64,000 nucleotides of DNA. Source: a virus (Duplodnaviria > Heunggongvirae > Uroviricota > Caudoviricetes). The position numbers and the translations under genes were made by a program. Shown here piece by piece: positions 43,057 to 52,784 of this stretch. The notes under the pieces are model-generated. The model was given only the letters and a program-made list of their open reading frames with translations, searched no databases and was not told the origin of the DNA. How positions within the stretch are numbered: position 1 is the first letter of the stretch; every line of letters begins with the position of its first letter. The stretch is from the IMG/VR virus record IMGVR_UViG_2579778842_000003; one strand, written 5' to 3'.

Positions 43057-44364
43057 TTACACTATATTCTTAACTATAAGGTTGGCGTCCTTCAAGGTGC
43101 CTAATGTTTCAATGTGGTTTTTTATCATTAATCTATTTGAGGCAATTATTGCAGGCCATCGTGTTTCCCAAGCTCTGTAAGCATACCAAGAAACTCCCCA
43201 ATTCCTTTCTTTACTCATATGACCCATCGAGTATTCAACTGCGTCTAAATATGTTTTTTCATACTTAGTATTGCTAACCTCTATGATGCTTCCAAAATAT
43301 ATAAGCCATTTTGCCAACTGTTCATATTGCTCCCACGCTCCGTTATTCCTTGTTAACTTTCTCTTTTTTTCTATTATCCTTTCGAAAAGAGAAACGACTT
43401 TATCATCATTCCAATCTAAACCTTCCGATATAATTGATGATATAATTTGATAAAATGAATCCTCTAATTTAAGATATTCATTTTTATAAGTATAAGCCCC
43501 CGAAACAACTTTTCTGATATTTTCGCGCGCTCTTTCAATGATGTCTTTAATGAGAGACATCTTATAACTTAATCGACTAAAGAAACAATCTATTTCTGTA
43601 TTGTCAATTACCCTTATACCAAAGCAATAGAAGTAATAATCCTTCATATCTTGACTTACTTTGTTGCGAGATATCAAAAAGATATTAGAGCACAGGGCAT
43701 TATTTTTCGAAAATTTTTTATAGTCATTTATAATTGCTTTAAGATTTGTGTCGCTTAAAGAATACCCTAATATCGCAACTGTATTTTCATGCAGCATCGT
43801 ACTAAGTTTTCGTGAAAAATAAGTATCGGAATTTATAAATCTGAAGTAATCATCTGAAGTGACAATCATATTTTTTGGCGAATCAATAGAGCCATGAACA
43901 TGATATATTTTCACCTTGGATGGATACTTTGGAATTGGCAGGCCGGGCGTGATAGACTGTACACTTTCATCTCCAACCAAGCATTCAGCCAACTTGTCAT
44001 AATTTGTTGTAATGACACGGAATGAGTTTTTTTGGAAAAAATCTTTTATATTTGATATGTCTTCTCCAAGTTGAATTGGAGATATGATGTCAACAATTTC
44101 ATCATAAATCGACTTACCCTCAATATTGAGCTTCAAAGATAGTATTTGTGCGGCTTCTTCAAGACTCAGTGCTGGTGGTTTATCATCAGGGAATAACGTG
44201 TCTTCCAACTTTTTGGCATTGTGAACTTTGCTGCAAACTTTTTTTAATAGTTCCTTCCACGTTGGAGCTTCACCGTTCGAGACTGCCTTTGAAAAGCCAG
44301 TCCCGGTAAATAGACAAAGCCTGCTTGTAGCGGCAGCGTATGCTAACTCAACATATTCGCTCAT
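43057..44364 (-). CDS. SIR2-like (sirtuin-fold) protein with uncharacterised C-terminal helical domain; candidate anti-phage NADase
   Basis: 435 aa. Motifs read directly: LFTGTGFS (GAGxS-like, residues 18-25), ITTNYD (residues 118-123), HVHGS (155-159) and ILGYSLSD, with N121/H157 spacing like ThsA-type SIR2. Gene is markedly AT-rich compared with its neighbours. Confidence 0.8.
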   Translation of the reverse strand: MSEYVELAYAAATSRLCLFTGTGFSKAVSNGEAPTWKELLKKVCSKVHNAKKLEDTLFPDDKPPALSLEEAAQILSLKLNIEGKSIYDEIVDIISPIQLGEDISNIKDFFQKNSFRVITTNYDKLAECLVGDESVQSITPGLPIPKYPSKVKIYHVHGSIDSPKNMIVTSDDYFRFINSDTYFSRKLSTMLHENTVAILGYSLSDTNLKAIINDYKKFSKNNALCSNIFLISRNKVSQDMKDYYFYCFGIRVIDNTEIDCFFSRLSYKMSLIKDIIERARENIRKVVSGAYTYKNEYLKLEDSFYQIISSIISEGLDWNDDKVVSLFERIIEKKRKLTRNNGAWEQYEQLAKWLIYFGSIIEVSNTKYEKTYLDAVEYSMGHMSKERNWGVSWYAYRAWETRWPAIIASNRLMIKNHIETLGTLKDANLIVKNIV

Positions 44365-44420
44365 TACTTACTCCATTTACTTATAGTTCTATGGAGAAGT
44401 ATACCCTAATGCATTGACGT

Positions 44421-45062
44421 TTATAGATAATTTCCTTTTCCAGTTAACTCCCCTTTAGGCACCCGTTTTTGTGCCAGTGTTTGGGTTCCGCGAATTATGT
44501 TAATCAGAGGGCTTAGTAACGATGATTCCTGGCGGGCATCAACTTCTCCTGCCATTGCCCTAATGTAGTCGGCGCTTGCAACGTTGTTATATTCCGTTGC
44601 GAAGCAGCATAACAACGTCAGAACGTGCTCTGTCGTTATTTCGCTCCAGTTGATGTTGAAAAATTCATCGCCTTTTTTGTCATGTTCGGAATCGAAGATG
44701 CTTTGGTGAAGGATGTATTTGCCGGATTCCTTGCGCGGTAACTTGATCGCTTTCTGGCGTTCCAATTCCTTGTAAATCTGCATCGCTTCAATCAGTACCG
44801 GTCTGCCGTTCATGAAGGGATCACGCAACCTTACACGCTGGCCAACTCGACCGGTAATAAAGCTGTTTTCCTCTTCCACCAGCACGATAAAACCCTTTTC
44901 CTCTTTTTCTCGCAATTCGCGCAGCAGCTGGAGTTCCATATCGCGGCGGCGTTCAGGGTAGCTGGTCCGCTCAGCCATTATCAGCTCATTGTTGATCCAT
45001 GCGGCAGTCATTGACGCCGGTTTGCCGACGCTCATCGAAACAACGCATATTTTCTTATCCAT
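44421..45062 (-). CDS. mat: Mat-like protein (particle maturation control)
   Basis: Synteny only (between ref and the res-mod position); start taken at MDKKICVV. Confidence 0.45.
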   Translation of the reverse strand: MDKKICVVSMSVGKPASMTAAWINNELIMAERTSYPERRRDMELQLLRELREKEEKGFIVLVEEENSFITGRVGQRVRLRDPFMNGRPVLIEAMQIYKELERQKAIKLPRKESGKYILHQSIFDSEHDKKGDEFFNINWSEITTEHVLTLLCCFATEYNNVASADYIRAMAGEVDARQESSLLSPLINIIRGTQTLAQKRVPKGELTGKGNYL

Positions 45063-45250
45063 AGCGCCCCTACAAAAAAGAAAAGCCACCAGCGGCGGCT
45101 TAGCAATACAACTGAAGGTAGCGCCCGGTACTCAGACTGTGCCGTCCATGGAATATTTGAAAAGGGATCCATCCGTACCGGGCGTGTGATGATTCTGACT
45201 GAAGTCACTTGTCAGTTGTCAATCATTTATCATTAAAAATAATATATTTA

Positions 45251-45811
45251 TTAGTGCATAATGTTTGTCATCTCATAGGCGTCAGCCAGTAACTCCATCT
45301 CTGACTTGTTCAGCAGGGTGAATTCTTTCTTGCCTCCAACCACACCATCGGCATGAACAGGGACCAGCCAGGGGTATTTTGCTCTTACTTCAGTCGGTGC
45401 TGCATGCTGGTGGTGCCATCTACAAAGTGGCAATTGCTTTTTATGACAACCCGGCGCAGTACGACCGGCGATATGGTGCAGAGACACCTCATTAGATATT
45501 ACTCCATGCATATAGCAGGCAATGCAGGGGAGAGTGCCAAGAGCATTGGCGATGCGCCGTTCCTCCGCCGTTGGTGTTCTCCCCTTCAAGCCACGAGATT
45601 TTATTTTTACCGCGCTTTTCCGCGTTTTGCTGGCTGGTGGGCGCTCTTTCTGTTTAGCGATACGGCGGTCGATAGTATCCCGCATTTTCTGATATTGAGA
45701 TTCTCGCCAGACCGGATCAGCCAACTTCTCCCGTTGCCGAGCGATCGCTCGTTCTCTGGCTGCCTTCTGCCACTTGCGGCACTGTTCAATTTTTTGTTCG
45801 ATTGTTTTCAT
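45251..45811 (-). CDS. ref: Ref, HNH-family recombination enhancement endonuclease
   Basis: 186 aa; starts MKTIEQKIEQCRKWQKAARER; HNH core CIACYMHG...LHHIAGR...CRWHH. Confidence 0.9.
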   Translation of the reverse strand: MKTIEQKIEQCRKWQKAARERAIARQREKLADPVWRESQYQKMRDTIDRRIAKQKERPPASKTRKSAVKIKSRGLKGRTPTAEERRIANALGTLPCIACYMHGVISNEVSLHHIAGRTAPGCHKKQLPLCRWHHQHAAPTEVRAKYPWLVPVHADGVVGGKKEFTLLNKSEMELLADAYEMTNIMH

Positions 45812-45816
45812 ATGGT

Positions 45817-45843
45817 CAAAAAAAGGCGGCCTAATGGCCGCCT
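45817..45843 (-). terminator. Hairpin plus U-run in the ref leader, 6 nt upstream of the ref ATG
   Basis: aggcggcc-taat-ggccgcct with an A7 run on the plus strand (T-run on the transcript). Confidence 0.5.
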
Positions 45844-45909
45844 ATGATGTCAAGGAGTGAAGTAATGGCAACGTCTTCGTAGTTGACAAAAACTGCGACT
45901 CAATTATAG

Positions 45910-45926
45910 CAACCAATTAGAGCAAT
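45910..45926 (-). promoter_or_regulatory. C1 operator (ref promoter region)
   Basis: Contains attagagcaat; a TATAAT on the minus strand lies just downstream (gttgctataat). Confidence 0.5.
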
Positions 45927-46033
45927 TAAAGTTGTTTATTTATCGCGAATCACATTTTTTCACTTCAGTACCTGTGTGCTATACTCCTTCTTGATTGATT
46001 GGATGCGGAATACAAACCCGCTCTTTTGTGCAG

Positions 46034-46059
46034 CCTGACTCCTTGCCAGGCTTTTTTTT
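46034..46059 (+). terminator. Plus-strand intrinsic terminator
   Basis: gcctg-actccttgc-caggc followed by T8. Confidence 0.5.
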
Positions 46060-46369
46060 ATTTCATCATGGAAGCTGTTAACGCTTTGGACCTTGCTGAA
46101 CTGATTGAGAGGGCTTTGTCAACGTGCCCCAAAAATTCGCCAAACTCAGACATCACTTTAGCAAAACCGCGCCGTGCTTCTTCCTCGGTGGCATTCATCA
46201 CGAAATGTTCAGCACCACGCATACTTTTGACAGGGAACGCAACGGATATTGAATCAATATCAGGCATTCTATCGCTCAGCTTTACAGTGACAATGACGGC
46301 TGGCGACTGAATATTAGTGCTTACAGACAGCACTACATATTTTCCGTCGATGTTGAAATCCTTTCTCAT
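46058..46369 (-). CDS. Hypothetical C1-controlled protein downstream of cre
   Basis: 103-aa ORF with a C1 operator about 20 nt upstream of its start. Confidence 0.5.
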   Translation of the reverse strand: MRKDFNIDGKYVVLSVSTNIQSPAVIVTVKLSDRMPDIDSISVAFPVKSMRGAEHFVMNATEEEARRGFAKVMSEFGEFLGHVDKALSISSARSKALTASMMK

Positions 46370-46385
46370 ATGTCACCATAAATAT

Positions 46386-46402
46386 CAAAGAATTAGAGCA
46401 AT
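46386..46402 (-). promoter_or_regulatory. C1 operator
   Basis: aaagaattagagcaat. Confidence 0.5.
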
Positions 46403-46419
46403 CATTTACGCGTTAATGG

Positions 46420-47451
46420 CTAATCGCCATCTTCCAGCAGGCGCACCATTGCCCCTGTTTCACTATCCAGGTTACGGATATAGTTCATGACAATATTTAC
46501 GTTGGTCCAGCCACCAGCTTGCATGATCTCCGGTATTGAAACTCCGGCACGGGCCATATCTCGCGCGGCTCCGACACGGGCACTGTGTCCAGACCAGGCC
46601 AGGTACCTCTGGCCAGAGTCATCCTTAGCCCCGTAAATCAATCGGTGAGTTGCTTCAAAAATCCCTTCCAGGGCGCGAGTTGATAGCTGGCTGGTGGGTG
46701 ATGGCGAGGCAACACCATTTTTTCTGACCCGGCAAAACAAGTAGTTATTCGGATCATCAGCCACACCAGAGACAGAAATCCATCGCTCGACCAGTTTAGT
46801 TACCCCCAGGCTAAGTGCCTTCTCTACACCCGCGGTACTAACCAGCGTTTTCGTTCTGCCAATATGGATTAACATTCTCCCACCGTCTGTACGTGAGATA
46901 TCTTTAACCCTGATCCTGGCAATTTCGGCTATACGTAACAGGGTGTTATAAGCGATCCCCAGAAATGCCAGATTACGTATGTCCTGGCAGCGATCGCTAT
47001 TTTCCATGAGTGAACGAACCTGGTCGAAATCAGTGCGTTCGAACGCCAATGCCTGTTTTGCACGTTCACCGGCATCAACGTTTTCTTTTCGAATCCGCCG
47101 CATGACCAGTGAAACAGCATTGCTGTCACTTGGTCGTGGCAGCCCGGACCGACGATGAAGCATGTTTAGCTGGCCCAAATGTTGCTGGATAGTTTTTACT
47201 GCCAGACCGCGCGCCTGAAGATATAGAAGATAATCGCGAACATCTTCAGGTTTTGCGGGAAACCATTTCCGGTTATTCAACTTGCACCATGCCGCCCATG
47301 ACCGGCAAACGGACAGAAGCATTTTCCAGGTATGCTCAGAAAACGCCTGGCGATCCCTGAACATGTCCATCAGGTTCTTGCGAACCTCATCACTCGTTGC
47401 ATCGACCGGCAATGCAGGCAAATTTTGGTGTACGGTCAGTAAATTGGACAT
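46420..47451 (-). CDS. cre: Cre tyrosine site-specific recombinase
   Basis: 343 aa, MSNLLTVHQNLPALPVDATSDEVRKNLMDMFRDRQAFSEHTWK..., recognisably P1 Cre; adjacent to loxP. Confidence 0.97.
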   Translation of the reverse strand: MSNLLTVHQNLPALPVDATSDEVRKNLMDMFRDRQAFSEHTWKMLLSVCRSWAAWCKLNNRKWFPAKPEDVRDYLLYLQARGLAVKTIQQHLGQLNMLHRRSGLPRPSDSNAVSLVMRRIRKENVDAGERAKQALAFERTDFDQVRSLMENSDRCQDIRNLAFLGIAYNTLLRIAEIARIRVKDISRTDGGRMLIHIGRTKTLVSTAGVEKALSLGVTKLVERWISVSGVADDPNNYLFCRVRKNGVASPSPTSQLSTRALEGIFEATHRLIYGAKDDSGQRYLAWSGHSARVGAARDMARAGVSIPEIMQAGGWTNVNIVMNYIRNLDSETGAMVRLLEDGD

Positions 47452-47458
47452 TTGACAC

Positions 47459-47680
47459 TCAGATAATGGTTTTAAGTAAAGTGTACAGGATCGGCTCTGC
47501 CTTTACCTGTTTATGGTTCTCGTCATAGAAACGCCAGCGACCGCGCGTGCGTTCTATTTTCTCTTCACCGCGCGATAATGACAGTTGACAACTATCACGA
47601 TCAAACCCTTTTGCCCGCCAGTAACCACGGTTTTTCTCAAGCTCAATATGAGTGGACACTTTAGCAGCTGAATATCCCAT
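47459..47680 (-). CDS. cra: Small protein between loxP and cre (cra-like)
   Basis: 73-aa ORF immediately upstream of cre; naming by synteny. Confidence 0.5.
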   Translation of the reverse strand: MGYSAAKVSTHIELEKNRGYWRAKGFDRDSCQLSLSRGEEKIERTRGRWRFYDENHKQVKAEPILYTLLKTII

Positions 47681-47777
47681 TTTTCACCTCTGATTGATTG
47701 GTGGTGCTAAGTGCGCTACGCGAAATCTAGAGCACAAACACTGCCAACATTTCGCAGATTTTACGTAGCGCAACCTT

Positions 47778-47797
47778 GATCAAATGATCAAGTGATC
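47778..47797. promoter_or_regulatory. Cluster of three GATC (Dam) sites in the cre promoter region
   Basis: tgatcaaatgatcaagtgatca: three TGATCA within 20 bp, about 75 bp from loxP. Confidence 0.5.
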
Positions 47798-47869
47798 ACT
47801 ATTTGACCTGATAAGGTATTGAACTGTATGGATTTACAGGTAAATTGATCATGTTCAATAACCCCTAAT

Positions 47870-47903
47870 ATAACTTCGTATAATGTATGCTATACGAAGT
47901 TAT
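47870..47903 (+). other. loxP: loxP recombination site
   Basis: Exact 34-bp ATAACTTCGTATA-ATGTATGC-TATACGAAGTTAT. Confidence 0.97.
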
Positions 47904-47946
47904 TAGGTCTGAAGAGGAGTTTACGTCCAGCTGCGCATAAAAATCA

Positions 47947-47963
47947 ATAATTATTAGAGCAAT
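47947..47963 (-). promoter_or_regulatory. C1 operator (immC, Op99 cluster)
   Basis: ataattattagagcaat. Confidence 0.55.
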
Positions 47964-48029
47964 AAATTTTGAGAGAAAAATCCCACTCCACCAGCCAAAA
48001 ACTGGATTGTTTTTCATAGTTGTTTGACA

Positions 48030-48046
48030 ATTGCTCTAATAAATTA
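48030..48046 (+). promoter_or_regulatory. C1 operator overlapping a rightward promoter (TTGACA at 48024-48029)
   Basis: attgctctaataaatta, 16/17 to consensus in forward orientation. Confidence 0.6.
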
Positions 48047-48284
48047 TAGTTTTGCCGCCGTTTCGTAATACGACTTTGGATTCACTATTTAATGTGTCTT
48101 CAGCGTTGTAGAGCGGCTCAGAAGGAAATGAGCAAACAGGGAAACCTTATACAACGGCATTACAGCTATGCATTGCTCATCTTACACACAGCGCAATGTT
48201 GTTAGATTACCCCAGCATGGATCATGGGTGAAACAGTAGGTCAGAGCTTCAGGCTCTGTGTTGTCAATACAGTGAGGCATAATT

Positions 48285-48494
48285 ATGGCTTTCATTCCAC
48301 CAACCATCGACGACGTTAGACATTGCTCTAACGCTTTATCTGTAGACCCCGCCGAAACCGACGCTGCCCGCGCCATTGCTGAACACTACTCAAAGATATC
48401 CAATCAGGAGTACCGCATCACCCAAGACGACCTGGATGATCTCACTGACACAATCGAATATCTCATGACCACTAACCAGCCAGACTCACAATAA
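48285..48494 (+). CDS. coi: Coi (C1 inactivator)
   Basis: 69 aa, directly upstream of c1. Confidence 0.8.
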   Translation: MAFIPPTIDDVRHCSNALSVDPAETDAARAIAEHYSKISNQEYRITQDDLDDLTDTIEYLMTTNQPDSQ

Positions 48495-48604
48495 ATGCAC
48501 TAATAAATCTATTATTTTCGTTGGATCCTTCTATAATGGTGGCCAACAACTCCCAGCGTAATCCGCTGTGAGTTGTTGGCCATGTCAATTCTGGAGGAGG
48601 ATCA

Positions 48605-49456
48605 ATGATAAATTATGTCTACGGCGAACAACTGTACCAGGAGTTCGTCAGTTTCAGGGATCTCTTTCTAAAAAAAGCTGTTGCACGCGCCCAACACGTT
48701 GATGCCGCCAGCGACGGTCGTCCTGTTCGCCCGGTTGTCGTTCTGCCGTTCAAAGAAACGGACAGCATTCAAGCTGAAATTGATAAATGGACTTTAATGG
48801 CGCGGGAACTGGAACAGTACCCAGACCTCAATATCCCAAAGACTATTTTATATCCAGTGCCTAACATCCTTCGCGGTGTGCGTAAGGTTACAACTTATCA
48901 GACAGAAGCTGTGAACAGCGTCAACATGACCGCTGGCCGCATTATTCATCTGATTGATAAGGACATTCGCATCCAGAAAAGCGCGGGGATCAATGAGCAC
49001 AGTGCGAAATACATAGAGAACCTGGAAGCAACAAAAGAGCTAATGAAGCAGTACCCGGAGGATGAAAAATTCCGTATGCGTGTACACGGCTTTAGCGAAA
49101 CAATGCTGCGCGTCCATTACATTTCCAGTAGCCCTAACTACAATGATGGTAAATCAGTTAGTTACCATGTGCCGCTGTGTGGTGTGTTTATCTGCGATGA
49201 AACTCTCCGTGATGGAATCATCATCAACGGTGAATTCGAGAAAGCAAAATTTAGCCTTTATGACTCTATAGAACCGATCATCTGCGACCGCTGGCCGCAG
49301 GCAAAAATATATCGCCTGGCAGATATTGAAAATGTAAAAAAACAAATTGCCATCACTCGCGAAGAGAAAAAGGTCAAATCAGCCGCATCAGTTACGCGCA
49401 GCCGTAAAACTAAGAAGGGGCAGCCAGTAAACGACAACCCCGAAAGCGCGCAATAG
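48605..49456 (+). CDS. c1: C1 master repressor
   Basis: 283 aa; position next to loxP and coi; cognate operator motifs found throughout the window. Confidence 0.9.
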   Translation: MINYVYGEQLYQEFVSFRDLFLKKAVARAQHVDAASDGRPVRPVVVLPFKETDSIQAEIDKWTLMARELEQYPDLNIPKTILYPVPNILRGVRKVTTYQTEAVNSVNMTAGRIIHLIDKDIRIQKSAGINEHSAKYIENLEATKELMKQYPEDEKFRMRVHGFSETMLRVHYISSSPNYNDGKSVSYHVPLCGVFICDETLRDGIIINGEFEKAKFSLYDSIEPIICDRWPQAKIYRLADIENVKKQIAITREEKKVKSAASVTRSRKTKKGQPVNDNPESAQ

Positions 49457-49480
49457 TTTCTATCCGGCATGGTCAATGAG

Positions 49481-50965
49481 TTATTCATTAAGCCATGCCA
49501 GAGCTTCATCAACCTGCGCTTCGTCTTCGACGCTAAGCACTTCATCCTGGGGAACATAATCCGCCAGCATAGCGAAACAATATGTATCCCAATGGTCTGG
49601 TGAGTGCAGGTTGAGTTTTTTCTTCATATCCTCCTTACTCATCACCTTCCATTGACCTGCGGAGTTAATCCCTACAGGGATTTTCGACGCTTCCTCAATA
49701 GTTTCATTACCCTTATCCAGTCTCATACGACCAGATTTTACGGCCTCTGCGGCTTGAACGTTGGCATAAGCACGTTTATCAAAGTACAGGCTCTTATCTT
49801 CACGGCTATGCATCTTTTTACCCCAGCGTATACGCTGTACGGTAATACCATAATACTCGTACATCAGATCCGCCGTTGCTTTACCCAGGCCATCGCCGTC
49901 TATCGCTATGGTGATATTTGGGAATCGCTCAGGATTACATTCTGCGAAAATTTTGGCGGCAAGCTGCGTTTCTGTAACGTCTGTGTATTCCAGCATTCGA
50001 TAGTTGATTACACGGCGTTTATTTCGCTGGCCGGACACCATCATGATATTGATAACGGACTTATCCCGTCCCGTACCACCAGCAACGTCCACACATGCAA
50101 GCCAGCCCCATCCTTTTGCAATCTTGACTTTCCGCCTCGTTGCACGTTCAACCTCATCACGTCCAAGAAGGAAGCCATCCTGTGATTTAGGGAATAGGCC
50201 GCGTACCTTAATCATGTACATAGGGTTATCACGCCCGCCGTACTCCGCCAGCTTCATTTTGATAAATGCTGGCGTTACCAGCGGTGATTCCTCACTGTTA
50301 AGCGTGATCGCCGTATAAACGCCATCAGGGTTACCAGGACGCTTGGCCAGTTTATGGTGAGTATCGTAGAAATAGCCGCTTGGGCGTGTAGGCTGTGACA
50401 GTAATAAGATGCGGTTATCCTGTCCGGTAAGAGCACCGGTGATGATACCGAAAGCTCTATCACTGACACCGGAGGCTTCATCGATAATATACAGAAGATG
50501 ATCTGCGTGTTCACCGGCGAGAGCTTCTTCACTTCCCAGACGAAAGCCCTTCGGTACTACAGTCCATACACCTTTACCAGTAACCTCATAGAAAGCGGTT
50601 TCTGTCAGAACAAAATAATCAGCAAGCCATGGAAAACGGCTGGTGGCAGTAGCCCAGTTTATCTTGATGTACTTGAAAATACCGGTCATTACCTGCTGAA
50701 TTTTGTTCGCAACGATAATGGCGCGGGCACCGGGATACATGATTATGAACAACATGATCATGATAGAAGTCATGTCTGATTTCCCGGTACCGTGACCAGA
50801 CGAAACAGATGTCTTGCTACCCTGTTCCTGCACAGACTCAATAATCAGATCCTGCTGCCAGGTAGGTGTTTTGCCGAACAAAACATCAGCGGCCGCAATC
50901 CAGTCATAACGATATAGCGCCACCAGCTCGCGCCAACGTGGATCCGTTACGCAACTTCTGGCCAT
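49481..50965 (-). CDS. pacB: Terminase large subunit PacB
   Basis: 494 aa; overlapping start with the pacA stop; terminase-like. Confidence 0.85.
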   Translation of the reverse strand: MARSCVTDPRWRELVALYRYDWIAAADVLFGKTPTWQQDLIIESVQEQGSKTSVSSGHGTGKSDMTSIMIMLFIIMYPGARAIIVANKIQQVMTGIFKYIKINWATATSRFPWLADYFVLTETAFYEVTGKGVWTVVPKGFRLGSEEALAGEHADHLLYIIDEASGVSDRAFGIITGALTGQDNRILLLSQPTRPSGYFYDTHHKLAKRPGNPDGVYTAITLNSEESPLVTPAFIKMKLAEYGGRDNPMYMIKVRGLFPKSQDGFLLGRDEVERATRRKVKIAKGWGWLACVDVAGGTGRDKSVINIMMVSGQRNKRRVINYRMLEYTDVTETQLAAKIFAECNPERFPNITIAIDGDGLGKATADLMYEYYGITVQRIRWGKKMHSREDKSLYFDKRAYANVQAAEAVKSGRMRLDKGNETIEEASKIPVGINSAGQWKVMSKEDMKKKLNLHSPDHWDTYCFAMLADYVPQDEVLSVEDEAQVDEALAWLNE

Positions 50966-52158
50966 TAATCATCATCCCCGTATAGCTTGCGGGTAACTTC
51001 TTCGTCTTCCTCCTCGTCTTCGTCCAGGTCTTGTTCCAGCCATGGGTCGTTTGATACACCTTCAGTATCAACATCTCCATAACCGCCTGTATCAACGATA
51101 TCGGCGATTTCTTCCCTACGCTGCTCAATCCACAATGCGGCATCGGCGCGGCGGTTGGCGGCCCGTTCTCGCGCAACTTTATCCAGATCTTCAAGAGAAG
51201 GGCCACCGACGGCTGTTTGCCTTTCCTCATCATCGGTATTGGTCTTAGGAGCACGCAGATCGGCTTTGATTTGCTCCAGCATCAGGGGCGGAACTTTCCC
51301 ACCATGCGCCTCGATGAATTCAGCTGCTTCCAGCACTGACCAGTTATTTTCACGCTTTCGTTCGTATGCCAGCTTAACAATGCCAGCTTGCCCCATAGAC
51401 AAAGCGTGCTTTTCCGCCTCCCGGCTTTCTTTTCGATAGTTATTCCGGATGCTGTAAATGGTGTTGATCAGGCTGCTTATCTGCGCGGAACAGCTGTTTA
51501 GCATGCTCGCGATACGGTATTCAGGCGGAGTACCTTCATCATCGTCTTTTTGCTGATCGCGCATTTCCTGCACCAGGCGAATACACGTATCCCTGGCGTT
51601 CTCCAGCATAAGGAGATGAGAAAGAGACTTTTCAAGAAGAGTGGTTTCCAGAACATCGGCCCCGGACCGACGCAACATAGCGCGCGCGGCCTTCCGCGCT
51701 TCAACGTTATCTATCAGGTAATCGCCAGCTTCGAATTCAAAGCGTTCACCATCATCATCCAGGGTGTCGCGTTCCAGGCGATCACGTAAGGTCCGGTGGG
51801 CGCGGGTGATCACGTCATGATCATCTGAACGATCATTTATGCGCTTATTTTGGCGCTTCGCATTCTCGACTGCGGCACTGATAACGGCATTAACTCTCTG
51901 TTTTTCCGCTATTTCAGCCGCAATATGATCACCTGCATGTTGATCATTAGAGTGATCAATGATCATGCTTTTTAGTGGCTTCCTGACTGGCTTATTTGGC
52001 TTGCGGCTGTCCGCAGTCCTGGAGTCTTCTTTGAAGGCACGGAGATAACGACGTGCGGTATTAGGGTTAAGATTAAACTCGGCGGCATACTGTGCGATGG
52101 TGTAACCACCATCTCGCGCCAGGCGAGCAAAATTCTTCTTGTGATCGTCCCAGGTCAC
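50965..52158 (-). CDS. pacA: Terminase small/pac-recognition subunit PacA
   Basis: 397 aa; contains the pac site in its 5' region; acidic C-terminus. Confidence 0.85.
   Translation of the reverse strand: MTWDDHKKNFARLARDGGYTIAQYAAEFNLNPNTARRYLRAFKEDSRTADSRKPNKPVRKPLKSMIIDHSNDQHAGDHIAAEIAEKQRVNAVISAAVENAKRQNKRINDRSDDHDVITRAHRTLRDRLERDTLDDDGERFEFEAGDYLIDNVEARKAARAMLRRSGADVLETTLLEKSLSHLLMLENARDTCIRLVQEMRDQQKDDDEGTPPEYRIASMLNSCSAQISSLINTIYSIRNNYRKESREAEKHALSMGQAGIVKLAYERKRENNWSVLEAAEFIEAHGGKVPPLMLEQIKADLRAPKTNTDDEERQTAVGGPSLEDLDKVARERAANRRADAALWIEQRREEIADIVDTGGYGDVDTEGVSNDPWLEQDLDEDEEEDEEVTRKLYGDDD
51805..51966. other. pac: pac packaging site (7 TGATCA/GATC elements in 3+4 arrangement)
   Basis: GATC at 51808, 51819, 51831 and at 51927, 51942, 51954, 51961, flanking about 90 bp; matches the described P1 pac architecture. 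Confidence 0.75.
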
Positions 52159-52243
52159 TTATGCTTCCTTTCGTAAAAACTCTTTTTGACGCGAGGGTAA
52201 CGAAAGTCACATGTCAAAAGGCCCGGAACGGGCAAGCAATCAA

Positions 52244-52696
52244 TCAGATACGTGCGGATGTGGCATTACCGTAATGACGGTGCTGACGGGCCACCTTATT
52301 GAAAAGTTGACGCGCCATTACCCAAGGCTGGTGCTCCCGGCGTTCCTTTTCGTCCTGCGTCATATAGAGTTCGTTCTGGAGTTTTTCATCAAACCGGCGC
52401 GGAGCGCGGCTACGGCGAAAGAATTCAGGATTCAGAGAGTGGATCTGAAATCTACGTGGGCGTGTACTGTCATCAATCAAAACAGACGAATACTTAGACA
52501 CAGCGATAGCCTTTAAGCGCAGATAAACATCGCGCTTATCGACATCCAGATGCGGGTATTCCTTTTCAAGAATTGCTGCGAGTTCTTTCGCTGATAGAAG
52601 AGATTTAGTGCGGATCATGTAATCCGCAATCTCGTACGATGTTATTCGTGAGTGATTTATTTCCATGAAGTGGCGTCCCTGCCAGTTAAGTAACAT
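52244..52696 (-). CDS. lpa: Lpa, late promoter activator
   Basis: 150 aa; C1 operator upstream; position next to pacA. Confidence 0.75.
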   Translation of the reverse strand: MLLNWQGRHFMEINHSRITSYEIADYMIRTKSLLSAKELAAILEKEYPHLDVDKRDVYLRLKAIAVSKYSSVLIDDSTRPRRFQIHSLNPEFFRRSRAPRRFDEKLQNELYMTQDEKERREHQPWVMARQLFNKVARQHRHYGNATSARI

Positions 52697-52766
52697 CCTG
52701 TCACCTACTGATTAGCCCATGTCAACTAATCAACGTGGAATATAATACCCTCGATTAAAGAAATAG

Positions 52767-52783
52767 CAATACATTAGAGCAAT
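52767..52783 (-). promoter_or_regulatory. C1 operator upstream of lpa
   Basis: caatacattagagcaat. Confidence 0.5.
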
Positions 52784-52784
52784 T

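Noticed and set aside
43011-44420. Looked for type III res/mod genes, IS1 transposase genes, or a TIR-domain ThsB partner around the SIR2 gene
   Set aside because: None are present: the interval holds a single ORF between terminator and mat; no transposase-like ORF or IS inverted repeats were recognised anywhere in the window.
45240-45260. Operator-like string tatttattagtgcataa just downstream of ref
   Set aside because: Only about 13/17 to the C1 operator consensus with a mismatch in the conserved AGAGCA core; too weak to call.
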